DNA of 63,898 nt, filler included. It is 10 parts of 10 records of this genome, joined end to end, with 100 filler letters (N's around TTAATTAATTAA, not from the genome) between each part and the next. Parts side by side here need not be neighbours in the genome. Positions count along the whole stretch, not along the records: positions 20,070 to 24,372 come from SRR7504441_4049; positions 24,473 to 30,821 come from SRR7504441_4050; positions 30,922 to 34,080 come from SRR7504441_4052; 7 more parts are not named here. One strand, given 5' to 3'. The notes under the pieces were generated by a model. That model was given only the letters and a program-made list of their open reading frames with translations. It did no database searches and was not told the origin of the DNA. A program made the translations under genes and the position numbers. Within the stretch, counting starts at the first letter, position 1; every line of letters starts with the position of its first letter. Shown here piece by piece: positions 23,201 through 34,180 of the stretch.

Positions 23201-23909
23201 ATTGATCAATGCGGGTGTACGAAATCTGAGCGCCTGCGGTGTTTTGGAAGTGTCGAGTGAGCCAGATCTGCGGCTGTCGGTAAATGTGGCTGATCACTGG
23301 GTGATGGGCTTGGTGCGGTCGCTGCTGGTAGAACACGTGGGCAGCTTATTGGCAGTGACAGTTACCCTGCTCAGGCTTGTTTCAGAGGCCTCTCAGGTGA
23401 GCATCTGGACCGTAGAGTGCTTGACACATGTGGGCTGGCAGGCCATCACGCGGCAAATGCTTGAGAGCAGTAGCACTTGGGTAGCTAAGCAGATGTTTCG
23501 AGCCGGTGAACTCGAACACGAGGTGTGCAGTGCCCCCAATTTGGAGCTAGCTTGTTGCTGATCCTAATTGTGCCAGGGTTCTTGCGCTGCCCGGACAATT
23601 CGTGAAGCAGTGAACGCGATCACCACCAAGCCCATAGGGCTAGTCGTGACATGTGATTATGACCCACAAAGCTTGAAACTTAATGCTGCAAATACTGATG
23701 AGCAACTTCCGTTGGTGCGCCAATGGATTCTCAAGATGGTGCACCTTTATGGGTGTGGAGATCCACAGAAATATCCAGAGCTACTTGAATATGCCACAAC
23801 GTCCTGGACAGAGGTTTTGGACAAGTTCGACTTGCTTTCGAGAACAGGGCTTCCAACTAAAGAAGGCTACGACCAGCACGGTCTAATCAATGCACCATCA
23901 AAGCTATGA
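20249..23909 (+). CDS. Fatty acyl-CoA reductase-like / dihydroxyacetone-phosphate acyltransferase fusion (FARAT-like), peroxisomal, multi-exon
   Basis: N-terminal VLLTGGTGLLGK, LTGDL...LGLS, VVHCA (FAR/NAD_binding_4). Acyltransferase motifs PTHRSFADF, GAFFLRR, FYIEGARSRDGK, LPVSITYEK. Ends in SKL* (PTS1). Confidence 0.85.
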
Positions 23910-24249
23910 GCCGGAACTCGATTACTTGCACTCGCACGAGTAGTCAGTACAGTACTGTACTCTACACTCGCACACAATACGGTAGTTGATTAAGTCACTC
24001 TACGTTAACTCTACAGCGTACGTTAACTCTAGGTTACGTACAATTCATACGTAGTCAGTGTAAAATTAATCCATATTCACGAGATCTAAAACCACATGAA
24101 TCGAAATCCAACTGATGGCGCCGGCCTACAAGTACAGACCATGATTGTACAGTACGTATACGAGTACTCGTATACTTGGACAAGATGAGATTCCCGAGGA
24201 TCTTGATAGACACCTTGAGGACCACTATGTACAGGCAGAAGGGGCAGGT

Positions 24250-24372
24250 GATTGTGGCTGGACCGGAGACACGACGGAGCCGTTCGACATTTGCAATGGA
24301 GGCAAGCAGGGCGACCCGCTGTTCCCGCTGATATACATCATCGCAATGGAGGGGCTGGTGGCGCTACTGAAG
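24250..24372 (+). mobile_element. Non-LTR retrotransposon reverse transcriptase fragment
   Basis: TTEPFDICNGGKQGDPLFPLIYIIAMEGL resembles the LINE RT QGDPLSP motif; truncated by the contig end. Confidence 0.7.
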
Positions 24373-24551
24373 NNNNNNNNNNNNNNNNNNNNNNNNNNNN
24401 NNNNNNNNNNNNNNNNTTAATTAATTAANNNNNNNNNNNNNNNNNNNNNNNNNNNNNNNNNNNNNNNNNNNNTGCTCGCAGCTTGTTCTCCAGTCGCGCC
24501 TCCGGCCGTGGGCATGGTTTAATTTGCCGTTGTAGCTCCACCTCAGACACC

Positions 24552-25148
24552 ATGTTCGGGCTCGAGAAGATCTCCATCTCTGGCGGGTTGTTTCTCTTCT
24601 TCGCGGCATGTCCTCCGATCATGGCCGCCGGTTTGGGCGCGATCAAGTTCTTTGTCTCGAGCGCTTTCTCCGACAGTTGCCTCGCGTATCTTGCAGCCAG
24701 CGGTGTGCCGGCAAAGAACGTGCCCATGTTGATCGCTGTTATGATGGTGCTCGTCGCCTGGCTCAGCTGCTTCTTCGCCTTGGGGATCATTGCTTATTGT
24801 AAGAAGCCTGAGGGCTACGACAACTCGATGCCACGCCTTCTCAAGAACTCCGCCGAGTTTGCGAAAACCTACCCGGTGAGCTACCGCTTGCAGTGTGCAC
24901 ACAACAACTCCCTTGAAGCCCTCAACTTTATGACGCCCTGCTTCTGGGCTGCGCACACGCTCGGACTGGAGGAGGTTCTCTTCGCGAAGCTCGCGGTCAT
25001 GTTCCTCTTCGTCCGCCTCGTCTACATTGTCATGTATGCCGTCGACTCAAACGGTCTGCGCACCACCGTCTTCACAACGGGCATGACCATCCTCATCCTC
25101 ATGGTCCTCGGCGGACTATGGCCGAGCACGCTGCACTGGATCCAGTAG
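24552..25148 (+). CDS. MAPEG family membrane protein
   Basis: GYDNSMPR, RLQCAHNNSLE, FVRLVYIVMY, with several TM segments. Confidence 0.8.
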   Translation: MFGLEKISISGGLFLFFAACPPIMAAGLGAIKFFVSSAFSDSCLAYLAASGVPAKNVPMLIAVMMVLVAWLSCFFALGIIAYCKKPEGYDNSMPRLLKNSAEFAKTYPVSYRLQCAHNNSLEALNFMTPCFWAAHTLGLEEVLFAKLAVMFLFVRLVYIVMYAVDSNGLRTTVFTTGMTILILMVLGGLWPSTLHWIQ

Positions 25149-25544
25149 TAGGGCAGATGGCTGCAGAGCGCGTGGATCATCATCGCGACAGCCATGCGCC
25201 AGGAAAAAACGTTGTGGAGCGACCAGGATGCGTACGTACGATGTTATCATAGTACGAGAGAGTCGCAGCGTCACGTCTATCAGAGGGCGCCTTGGGAGCC
25301 AGAAGAAGAAAGGAGAGAGGTGGAGCCGCCGTACAGTACAACAAAGTCTCGGGTGGGCGGGATGGCCATGGCGCCATGGGCAGGTGGGTATTATCTACTT
25401 GTATATAGTAGTTAGAGTTCGAATCGTCTATCTGGATATCTAGAATTAGAGCTCCGAATGATTCAAATTACCCAATCATTCATGATTATCATAACACACG
25501 GTAACCGCTGTTATGAACTCGTGTCGTGCATTTTATGTTCCCGA

Positions 25545-26867
25545 TTACGGCGCGGACAGCCGCAGAAACGCCACCCCATGTGGCTCGAGCGCTCCTGGGA
25601 CAAGAACGCTCGCACCGGCCGGCACACCTCCTTTCATGGCCGTTCCCCTGAAAATGTTGCGCACACTCACGCGGCCGCCGCTGCTCACATTTAGAGGAAA
25701 CTCGGCGGCCAAATCAGCCAAATCCAAGACCGCTCCCGGCGTGAGGGTGTGGTTGGCCTTGTTGACCAAAGCGACAGCCACATCTCCCCCGGCGAGCCGC
25801 CTCGCCCACAGTTCCACCCCGTCGGCCGTGAAAGGCGAGAGCCGGTAGCCTGGCCGGCCAAGAGGGTCCTGGTTGACTCGAATGGCCTCCGGGTTCAGAA
25901 GAGTTTGGCGCGACCTGGCCGGGTGAACGTCTCGGGCGTCGTTCCCCATGATGAGCGGGGCGGCTAGGATGCAGAAGATGGCCATCTGGGTCTCCTCCTC
26001 CGCGGGGGTGATGCAGCCGTTCCCGATGATCAAGTTATCGGGGTCGCTCCAGCCAAGCTCCGGCCCGGCCACCTGGGCCAGTGTTCGCGAGTAGTTCCCA
26101 AAGTGGTTGAGAATGAGAAAACTCCGGTCGTATGTGCAGGTGACGTCGGTCCAGGGTCGCCACATGTCGCACCCAGCCGCGTGGATTGCACCCCACGGCT
26201 TGCTGCTCTCGTTATCGCCCAAGTAGGCCGGCCAGGAGCAGCTGTACGCGATGCCGTTGCGGTCACACGCAGCGCCCATGGCCGGGTATCCGCGGGCGTA
26301 CTCGTCGAAGCATTCCATTCCGGGCCGGCAGGGGTACGGGGTGCCAGTCTGGTTAACGGGGAAGCAGCCGTCGTACATCAGGTAGCTCGCGCCCGATGCC
26401 TTGAAGCTGGCCGCATCCAGCTGCTCGTGCCCCTTGCTCCCAAGCTGCCCAGCGCATGAACGCACCCCCTGGTCGCTGTATATGCCCAAGCGCAGCCCAC
26501 GGGCCCGCACGTAGGCCCCCAGCCCGGCCAGGCCCGACGGGAACCGCTCCGGGTCGGCTGCCAACACCCCGGTGCTCCCGTTGCGCGCACTGGCAGCCCA
26601 GCAGTCGTTTACCCCCACTTGGGTGTATCCGGCCGCCGCGTACCCGCCGCTGACCAGCGCGTCGGCATTTGTTTGGTACAACTGCTCGTTGATGCAGGCG
26701 GTGGGCTGGGCGGCGCAGTCGGTGTGGCACAGGAAGCGCAGCCAGCTCATCCAGCCCATTGGGGGCAGCGGCAGGCGGCCGGTGCAAGCCGCAGGCCAGA
26801 CCAGGAGCCAGCAGAGAGAGAGCACCAGCATGGGCCGGCGGGCCCTCATCTCCGAGATGGTGAACAT
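25545..26867 (-). CDS. GH27 alpha-galactosidase / alpha-N-acetylgalactosaminidase
   Basis: Signal peptide, PPMGWMSWLRFLC, NDCW, RFPSG, LGIYSD, YLMYDGC, YSCSWP, WSDPDNL, LAAPLIMGND, NQDPLG. Confidence 0.93.
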   Translation of the reverse strand: MFTISEMRARRPMLVLSLCWLLVWPAACTGRLPLPPMGWMSWLRFLCHTDCAAQPTACINEQLYQTNADALVSGGYAAAGYTQVGVNDCWAASARNGSTGVLAADPERFPSGLAGLGAYVRARGLRLGIYSDQGVRSCAGQLGSKGHEQLDAASFKASGASYLMYDGCFPVNQTGTPYPCRPGMECFDEYARGYPAMGAACDRNGIAYSCSWPAYLGDNESSKPWGAIHAAGCDMWRPWTDVTCTYDRSFLILNHFGNYSRTLAQVAGPELGWSDPDNLIIGNGCITPAEEETQMAIFCILAAPLIMGNDARDVHPARSRQTLLNPEAIRVNQDPLGRPGYRLSPFTADGVELWARRLAGGDVAVALVNKANHTLTPGAVLDLADLAAEFPLNVSSGGRVSVRNIFRGTAMKGGVPAGASVLVPGALEPHGVAFLRLSAP

Positions 26868-26910
26868 GGCCCGCGGTGGATCTCGGTCGTCACGGCGGCC
26901 CGGGCCGGAT

Positions 26911-26923
26911 TAACGGCTAACGG
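26911..26923 (+). promoter_or_regulatory. Tandem TAACGG (Myb-type) motifs in a 58-bp bidirectional intergenic gap
   Basis: TAACGG at 26911 and 26918; the same hexamer recurs near many other start codons in the window. Confidence 0.5.
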
Positions 26924-26925
26924 TC

Positions 26926-28779
26926 ATGATGGGGAAAGGCGTGGGCTGTCAGATTGCGGGGTCGGTGGGTGTGGCACTCGCCGCTCTGGCCGCAGTTGTG
27001 GCCCTGTCCGGTGGGCATGCCTCGGCCCGGGGCCCGGCAGCCTCCCCGCTCAGTCAGCTGGCCGCCCAGCCGGCCCCGATGGTGACGGTCTCCGGCGGGC
27101 GACTCAAGGGCTCCCTGGACCTCGGCGCGGTGCGCAGCTTCCGGAGCATCCCGTTCGCCGCCCCGCCTCTCGGTGCCAACCGTTTTCGACCACCACAGCC
27201 GGCAGCCGGTTGGGCCGGCGTGCGGGACGCCAGTGGGTGGAACGGCAAGCGCTGCCTCCGAGTCAGCCCGGGCCGGCCCTACAAGCCCGGCGGGCCACTC
27301 GGCTCGTTCTCGCATGCGCCGGGCGTGTGGAACGAAACCGAGGACTGCCTGTACATGGGGGTGTACGCGCCCGATGGGGAGCACTCGGGCCTGCCGGTGG
27401 TGGTCTGGATCACAGGCGGCGGGTTCAAGGGTGCCGACCCGGACGTCCAAAGCCTGGACGTGCTCTACACTAGCCTCACCCTGGCCGCCCTCCGGCGCGG
27501 TCGCCCGCTGGTGCTGGTGGCCTTCCAGTACCGGACCAACGTGTTTGGGTTCCTCGGAAGTCAGTAGCTGAGGGCCCGCAGCCCGGATGGGTCGACAGGC
27601 AACTACGGGCTCCAGGACCAGCGCGCCGCGCTAGAATGGATCCAAACTGAGATCGGCCAGTTCGGGGGCGACCGGCACAGAGTGCTCGTGCTCGGCCAAT
27701 CGGCCGGCGCGGCCAGCATCAGCGTGCACCTGGCCGGCCACAGCTCTGGCGGCTTGTTCCAGAGTGCTGCAATGCTCTCGGGAGGATTCGCTACCTGGAG
27801 CGCCAAGCCGCTAGTCCGGTCGCAAGAGGTGTACAACGCCGTGCTCGAACAAGTCGGCTGCCACTCGGTCGCGTGCCTCGAAGCTGTGGAGGCCGATCGG
27901 CTTCTGGCGGCTGCAAAGCAAATCGAAGGGCTAGCCTCCTTCGGTGGACAGGCTTGCCTGGGCTCGACCCCGCCAAGCGAGTGCTTCTTCGGCAAGGCGT
28001 ACCTCGAGTATCCTTGGTCTCCGTCGATTGACGGGGTCGAGATCTCGGAACATCCGTGGCTGCTCGCCCGAGCGGGCAGGCTGGGGATGAGCGTGCCGAT
28101 GATTCTAACCAGCACCGCCGATGAGTTCGCTGATGTCCTCGGGCAGGGCTGGCAGACCACGCCGGATGGCTTCCGGCAGGTGATGGATCGCGCGTACGGC
28201 GATACAGTCAGCCGCACCGAGCTCGAGCGTGTGGCCACTGGCTACTTGGCCGAGTCTCACAACAGCGGGCCGGAGGGCGCAGCCTGGTGGGCCGAGGTGC
28301 GGTCGATGACCGACCAATCCTGGGGCTGCGCGGCGAGCATGGCCTCCGAGCACCTGGCCCAGCACGGGTACCAAGTGTATCAGGGCTACTTCAGCCACAA
28401 CAGCAGCTTCATGCCCTATCAAGCCCGGGCCGCTCATGGCGCCGATGTGCCCTACTGGTTTGGCGTGCTCGACGGCGCTGTTCCGGCATCCATACCGCTT
28501 CTGCACGGCAACCCTGAAGAAATCAGACTGTCAGAGCGGCTTGGAGAGTTTGCGGAGCGGATGGCGGCTCGGGCGGACCCAAACGCTCCCAATGCGAGCG
28601 ATGAGTGGCCTCAGTACACACCTGGGGCTCAGCAGTACCTGGTTCTAGATACTCGGACTGGGCACAGTAGTCTTGGGCCGGGCGGGGTCCGGGCCGGCCG
28701 GCTCCGAGAGGAACAATGTCGGTTCATGAACGGTTGGGCGCGGGCTCGCTTTCGCGCTAGATCTCAAATCAATCCGTAG
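26926..28779 (+). CDS. Type-B carboxylesterase with one in-frame TAG (27565..27567)
   Basis: [56 protein letters not shown]. The two track ORFs are in the same frame. Confidence 0.88.
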
Positions 28780-28850
28780 ATTATAAATCATGTACTAACT
28801 GGTCATTACAGTACGTATTTAAAGCGAGCACCGATAGGTCAGCGTCGAGG

Positions 28851-30206
28851 TCACTTGGCGAGCACGTAGTCGAGCTCTTGCTTGGTTTCCACTTGCATGC
28901 TCGGGAGCGCTGTCGGGGCCTTGAGCTCCTCGGCCTTGCCCTGCTGCTGCAACTCGACCTCAGGCGGATCCGGGGCCAACAGCATCATTGCGCCGCTCGC
29001 GACCATCAGCACCGCGCACACAATGTACGGCGCCTCATAATTCGAGTGCTCGTCATACCAAAGCCCGGCTGAGACCGGCCCGATTGCAGAGCCCACCCCA
29101 GCCAGGCTGTAGATAAGCCCGGAGGTGTGTGCCATGTACTCACCTCCACCGAGCGTCTTGACCAGCGGGGCCACACTCGCTATAAACACCCCGCAAGTGC
29201 CCCCGATGAAGAAAGCAAACACCGCGAAAGCAGCGTAGCCCGAGTGGTCGGCGAGCACGATGAAGACGTTGCACGCGCCGGAGAAGATCTGGTTGCCGAC
29301 ATAGACATATCTCGGGCCGGTGAAGTCGGAGATCCCCATGAGCACCACCCGGCCGACGATCGTGCCCACCCCCACGAACAGCACTATGTCCCGGGCCCGA
29401 TCGCTGCTGTACCCATGGTCCTCTATGTATTTGACTGTGTGCGTCATCGGCACCCACCACGCGAAACCCTGCACAAGAGCGCTCACGCAGTACAGCCGGT
29501 ACCGCCACAGCCGCGTGCTGAACAAGACCTCCAGCGAGAAAGGCGGCGGCTCCGCTCCGCTGCTGCTCGGCTGGGCCGGATCGGCTTTGGCAGCGTCGCC
29601 CTTGGCAGGCTCAGGAGGCGGCACCAGAAACAGCCCGGGGACCATGGTGCCTACCAACTGCATCCCTCCGAGGCAGACGAACGTGAGCCGCCAGCCGACT
29701 GCCTCCATGAGCGCTTGGGTCGTGTACCCGATGTAAATAGTCCCTACTCCCGCGCCTGTGGTGCCCACTGCGATGGCCAGGCCGGCCCGCTTGATCCCAG
29801 CGAACCAGCGGCTCATTATGACAATCCCGGCCGGGAAGCAGAGCCCATGCCCGAACCCGACCACCAGCCCGTAGCTCAGGTAGAGCTGCCACAACTCCGA
29901 GACCGCCGCGCTGAGCATCAGCCCGGCGGTAGCCACCGCGGCCCCGATCAGCACGGTGGTCCGCTCGCTAGTCTGCACCTGGACCAGCCCGGAGACGTAG
30001 GCACAGCACAACATGGTGCACGACATGAGCGTGCCCACCCCCGCGGTCAGCCCGCGGCCCTGCCCGAACTGGTCGAGCAGCTGGGCGAAGAGCACGCCGT
30101 AGCTGTAGTGCATCCCCGGCACGTGCATGAATACGATCGCCGTGCACAAAACTACCAGCCAGCCCCGAAGGTAGCCCCACTCCGCCCTCTCCTCTGGCAC
30201 TGGCAT
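28851..30206 (-). CDS. MFS transporter, monocarboxylate (SLC16/MCT)-like
   Basis: GWLVV, YSYGVLF, LYLSYGLVVGFGHG, RWF...RAGLAIA, about 12 TM segments. Confidence 0.88.
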   Translation of the reverse strand: MPVPEERAEWGYLRGWLVVLCTAIVFMHVPGMHYSYGVLFAQLLDQFGQGRGLTAGVGTLMSCTMLCCAYVSGLVQVQTSERTTVLIGAAVATAGLMLSAAVSELWQLYLSYGLVVGFGHGLCFPAGIVIMSRWFAGIKRAGLAIAVGTTGAGVGTIYIGYTTQALMEAVGWRLTFVCLGGMQLVGTMVPGLFLVPPPEPAKGDAAKADPAQPSSSGAEPPPFSLEVLFSTRLWRYRLYCVSALVQGFAWWVPMTHTVKYIEDHGYSSDRARDIVLFVGVGTIVGRVVLMGISDFTGPRYVYVGNQIFSGACNVFIVLADHSGYAAFAVFAFFIGGTCGVFIASVAPLVKTLGGGEYMAHTSGLIYSLAGVGSAIGPVSAGLWYDEHSNYEAPYIVCAVLMVASGAMMLLAPDPPEVELQQQGKAEELKAPTALPSMQVETKQELDYVLAK

Positions 30207-30627
30207 CGCGCCGATCACTAGCACCAGAGGAGATCCGCCCTCTCCTCTGGCACTAGCATTGCTCCTGGAGGGATCCGGCCATGTTGTCGATCGATATCAG
30301 AGCAATTTGCCCGAACATGGCACGGATCCCTCTCCTGCATAGCCACATGGCAAAGGAAAGCTCAGGTTGTTCTCGACTTGTCTACTTGTAACTGTAGTGG
30401 TCTAAACTTGTACCCTTGATTGCTTTATCATTCATTGATAGGTGATCTAGATCGGTGCCCCTCCGCCGGAGGCAGTCTATCAAGAAAATAATTTAATAAG
30501 TAATTGCTGGATACATGTAATACATGATTGTAAGAATGAACCTTAGATCATCCTTGTTCTAGAGGCATGCAAGGCTCCGATTCAGTCTCGGGGCGTGCGC
30601 ACGCCGTAGCTGAGGCACTGACCGGGG

Positions 30628-30821
30628 CTAATACATGCCGCCGGCCTGCAGCTGAGGCTGTGGAGGAGCCGGCGGCTCGTATGCCTCGGGCACCGACTCG
30701 GCGTACGAGTCGAGGTCAGAATCGGTCGGGTCTTGCCCGGATCCGATGGCTTCGGAGAGCAGGTGGAAGGCGGTCATGGTCGACACCCAGGTCCCAAAGT
30801 AGCCGTTCCCGGAGGTGGTGA
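30628..30821 (-). CDS. 3' end of a membrane protein (GNGYF-motif family)
   Basis: Hand translation TTSGNGYFGTWVSTMTAFHLL...QAGGMY*, open to the contig edge. Confidence 0.5.
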
Positions 30822-33139
30822 NNNNNNNNNNNNNNNNNNNNNNNNNNNNNNNNNNNNNNNNNNNNTTAATTAATTAANNNNNNNNNNNNNNNNNNNNNNN
30901 NNNNNNNNNNNNNNNNNNNNNCGCCCTCGGGGGATCGAACGCGCCAGGAGCGCTCCAGGCGGAGGTGGTTGGCGATCTGGAAGACCTGACTGGTTCTGAG
31001 CTGGAAGCCCTCGAAGAGGCAGACAGTAGCAGCGACATACAGCTCGTCGACCTACTGGCTGAGGTTGGCGAGCCGGCCGGCGAGCAGGTGGCGCTGGTTC
31101 ACGACCCGGAGGTGGAGGAGGCGGTGCTGGCGCTTCAACAAGAGAGCGAGACTGGTGCGAGCGGGCAGTTGCAGGCTGAGTGCGACTGGCCAGATCACGA
31201 CATCCTGCATCCGATCAGCACTTACAAATGCGACGGACAGGTGAGCACCAAGCTGCAGGTGTACAGGTGCCAGGCTAGGCAGCAGCGGTGTGAGGCCCGG
31301 GCAGTCTCAAGGCGGATACCGCGCTGCCGGTCGAACTGAACCTAGTTAATGCCACTCGCGACAGCACGCTCGTTCTCGGGGCCAGCTGTACATCTGGCCC
31401 TGGACTCAAGTGTATTGTGCTGCGGCACAACGATTCGGCAAAGCAAGTGTTCACCTGGATTGAGATCCAACTCGCGCCGGTTGCCATGCCGCATGCAGTT
31501 CTTGTCCTCTCAAACGATCGCACGCTGCCTCGTTGTTCAAGAGTCTTTTCTCAGGCAGGGAGCCAGGTCCTCCTATCCTAAGATGGCAGGCCTGAGCCGT
31601 CCACCGGCAGGCCGCAGTCAGGACGCATTTGGGATAACTGCTCAAGGCTGGAGCTCTGAGCCGGCCAAGGTCGGGTTGTTTTCAAGCCAGGTCTGCCTGG
31701 CCCGCACCGAAGCTGGGCAGTCCATCCAGTGGCCTCCACCAAAGCCACGCAAACGGGCGCTGTTCAGCCTCAGCCGGTAGCGCCGTCATGCTGGGCCTTC
31801 TAACAGGGGGACAGGTACAGTGAAGATGCCAAAGCAGGTGGCGATGGCAATTCGAAAACGGCCCCAGTGTATTGGGTCCGGTGGAGATTTGAAGCTCAGC
31901 CACTGATGGTGAATCTCGGCCAACTTGGGCTAGGATGGAATCCAGATCGCGATAGAGCCCGGCTGGTGTCGCTCAGCAAGGGCGGTCACGGATTGCAATT
32001 CCGGATGCTGATGGAACAGGCTGGGATTGCAATGTCTATGATGATCAACATAGAGGGCCTGGCACTCGAGGCGCTGAGTAATGACAAGGTGCATGGCTTA
32101 GCCTGCCAACCAATGACTGCCAACAATGTGCAGGGGTTTGCACTTAGCAGGCTGAGACGAGCATTGCTCGGATTAGCAGGTGGGCTACGTGCTGGCAAGT
32201 TGGTGGACTCGGCTAGCGTGCTGGAAGATCTCTCCTCGGTCAACAGTGGTTGGTCAAAGGATGCCAAAGTCCGGCGCAAGTTTTTGGCAACAGTTCCCAC
32301 GCCTCGCTCAAGTGCTCAAGCTGCTTCTGTCGCCAAGCCGTGAGTACATTCAGCTATCATTTGTGAGCCGGCCTTAGCCGGCCGGTTTATCGTGAGTTAT
32401 GGTTGTACCAGTAATGCTGCATGATTGTATAGCGCGTGCCATTGGCCGGCATGTACTGTACGTTACCAACATTTAATAATTATAATATTTACATGTAAGT
32501 ATACACGGAGTTCGACGTGCAATTGACTTGCCCTCACTTGTTCTCAATTTTTGATATTAATTATAATTGTGTGTTTTCACTCGGGAACGTCTTTATTCAA
32601 GTACATGTAAAAGGTCCCACTAATACTTGTAAATCATGACTTGTAATGTACATGATGGTAAGAGCAAAGCAGTTAGTTTCAAAGGCAATTCAATGCATAA
32701 TAATCGTCGATTCCATTTTCCATGCAATGCCTCATGCAATGATGCAAACTCGCGATCTTGTTGGTCCTCCGTGACCAGACTAGTTTAACTCCGGATCTAG
32801 GTTTGTGAGCCTAGGGCCCCGACGTTCTAATTTGTGACACAATAAGTTCAATTTGTGACACAAATCCGTATATAAAGTCCCTCGTGACCTACCGTGACCA
32901 TACACGATAAAAACTGGAGCTTCCGAGCTTTTTGCGGTTTCCGGGTCACAAGTCAGCGTTTCTGGGTCACAAAGCACAAAACACGGAATTTGCGGGACCG
33001 CCACTTCCGTGCGGCACTGGTGAGCCACCCCGGTGCGCGATGGAAAGCTCGACAACGGGAGTACGCCCTGGTGCGCGCCCGCCTCCCCTAAGCCGAGCCC
33101 GGCGCCCATCACGATGCCACCTGGGCGCCGCCACTTATA

Positions 33140-33646
33140 TTGGAGGGCGCAGGGCCCTCGGATCCCGCCGACCTGTGGTGGACGCTCACAAGAGTTACAC
33201 ACCGGTTGGCCGATCTGTGGTTGATGCCGGAGCCGGACGTGCGAGCGTTTCTGTTGAACCAGGCCCGAGCCAGTCTGCTTGACCTGAACAAACTCAAGTT
33301 GCTGATGGCCCGACTGCAGAACGGCGAACTCGATTCGCTAGATAGCATCCGATTAGCGGTGCACAACGTTAACGGCGGCGCCAGCATGTTCGGGCTCACG
33401 TACATCTGCATTATGGCCACGGATATCTCCGCTCGGGTCAAACAAGCCCAGCGCGACCAGGAGGTAGGAGGCGGCCGCCGCCGAGGTGCCAGCCGGTGGG
33501 GACAGGCGGACGCGGAGTGCTGCGACGCAATCAACGCGGAACTGCTGCGCATCCACGCGGCGTACTCGAAATATGCTGAGCATCATAACGAGCCGTCGGT
33601 CCTTATGACGTGCAATGAGTGCAAAGCCACTTCATGTACGTGCTAG
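33140..33646 (+). CDS. Histidine phosphotransfer (Hpt) domain protein
   Basis: AVHNVNGGASMFGLTYICIMATDI resembles the Hpt HxLKGSSxxxG motif; true start uncertain. Confidence 0.6.
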   Translation: MEGAGPSDPADLWWTLTRVTHRLADLWLMPEPDVRAFLLNQARASLLDLNKLKLLMARLQNGELDSLDSIRLAVHNVNGGASMFGLTYICIMATDISARVKQAQRDQEVGGGRRRGASRWGQADAECCDAINAELLRIHAAYSKYAEHHNEPSVLMTCNECKATSCTC

Positions 33647-33845
33647 TGAGTGCAAAGCCTGAAACCGCTCACAATAAACATGTACGATTATGCGGCAATT
33701 GTATGAGAGGAGCATAATCATTCCATCTTTTGTATAGGATCAGCGAACCCGCGAATACTTTACCGCATCATAAGATGTCGTTGACTAGATCATACTAAGA
33801 TCATACGTACTTACGGATAGTTAACTCTTTGGTGGCTAATCGTAC

Positions 33846-34080
33846 TTAGCACCATGGCAAGCTGACATCAGCCAGGCACATATCAGCCCGGTGAGCCAGC
33901 ACTCCGCTGCTTACTCGGACGGCCATCTGGGGTTCCATCCCGGCCAGCCACCACCCTTCATAGAACGCGAACAACGGAGCCACTCCCAGGCTCTGCCCGA
34001 ACGAGTCTAAAAGCGCCGGCTTGACCCCCTCGGCCAGCGAGTGCCCCGGATGCAGCTGCATGTACCACCCGACCGCGTGC
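33846..34080 (-). CDS. Mpo1/DUF962 family protein, 5'-partial
   Basis: GWYMQLHPGHSLAEGVKPALLDSFGQSLGVAPLF. Confidence 0.75.
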
Positions 34081-34180
34081 NNNNNNNNNNNNNNNNNNNN
34101 NNNNNNNNNNNNNNNNNNNNNNNNTTAATTAATTAANNNNNNNNNNNNNNNNNNNNNNNNNNNNNNNNNNNNNNNNNNNN

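Noticed and set aside
27565-27567. Alternative genetic code (TAG as sense)
   Set aside because: It is a single case, and several other genes terminate at TAG.
30922-32343. Chain of plus-strand ORFs with Cys-rich patches
   Set aside because: No recognisable domain or consistent splice model; this may be a real or decayed gene but I cannot support a call.
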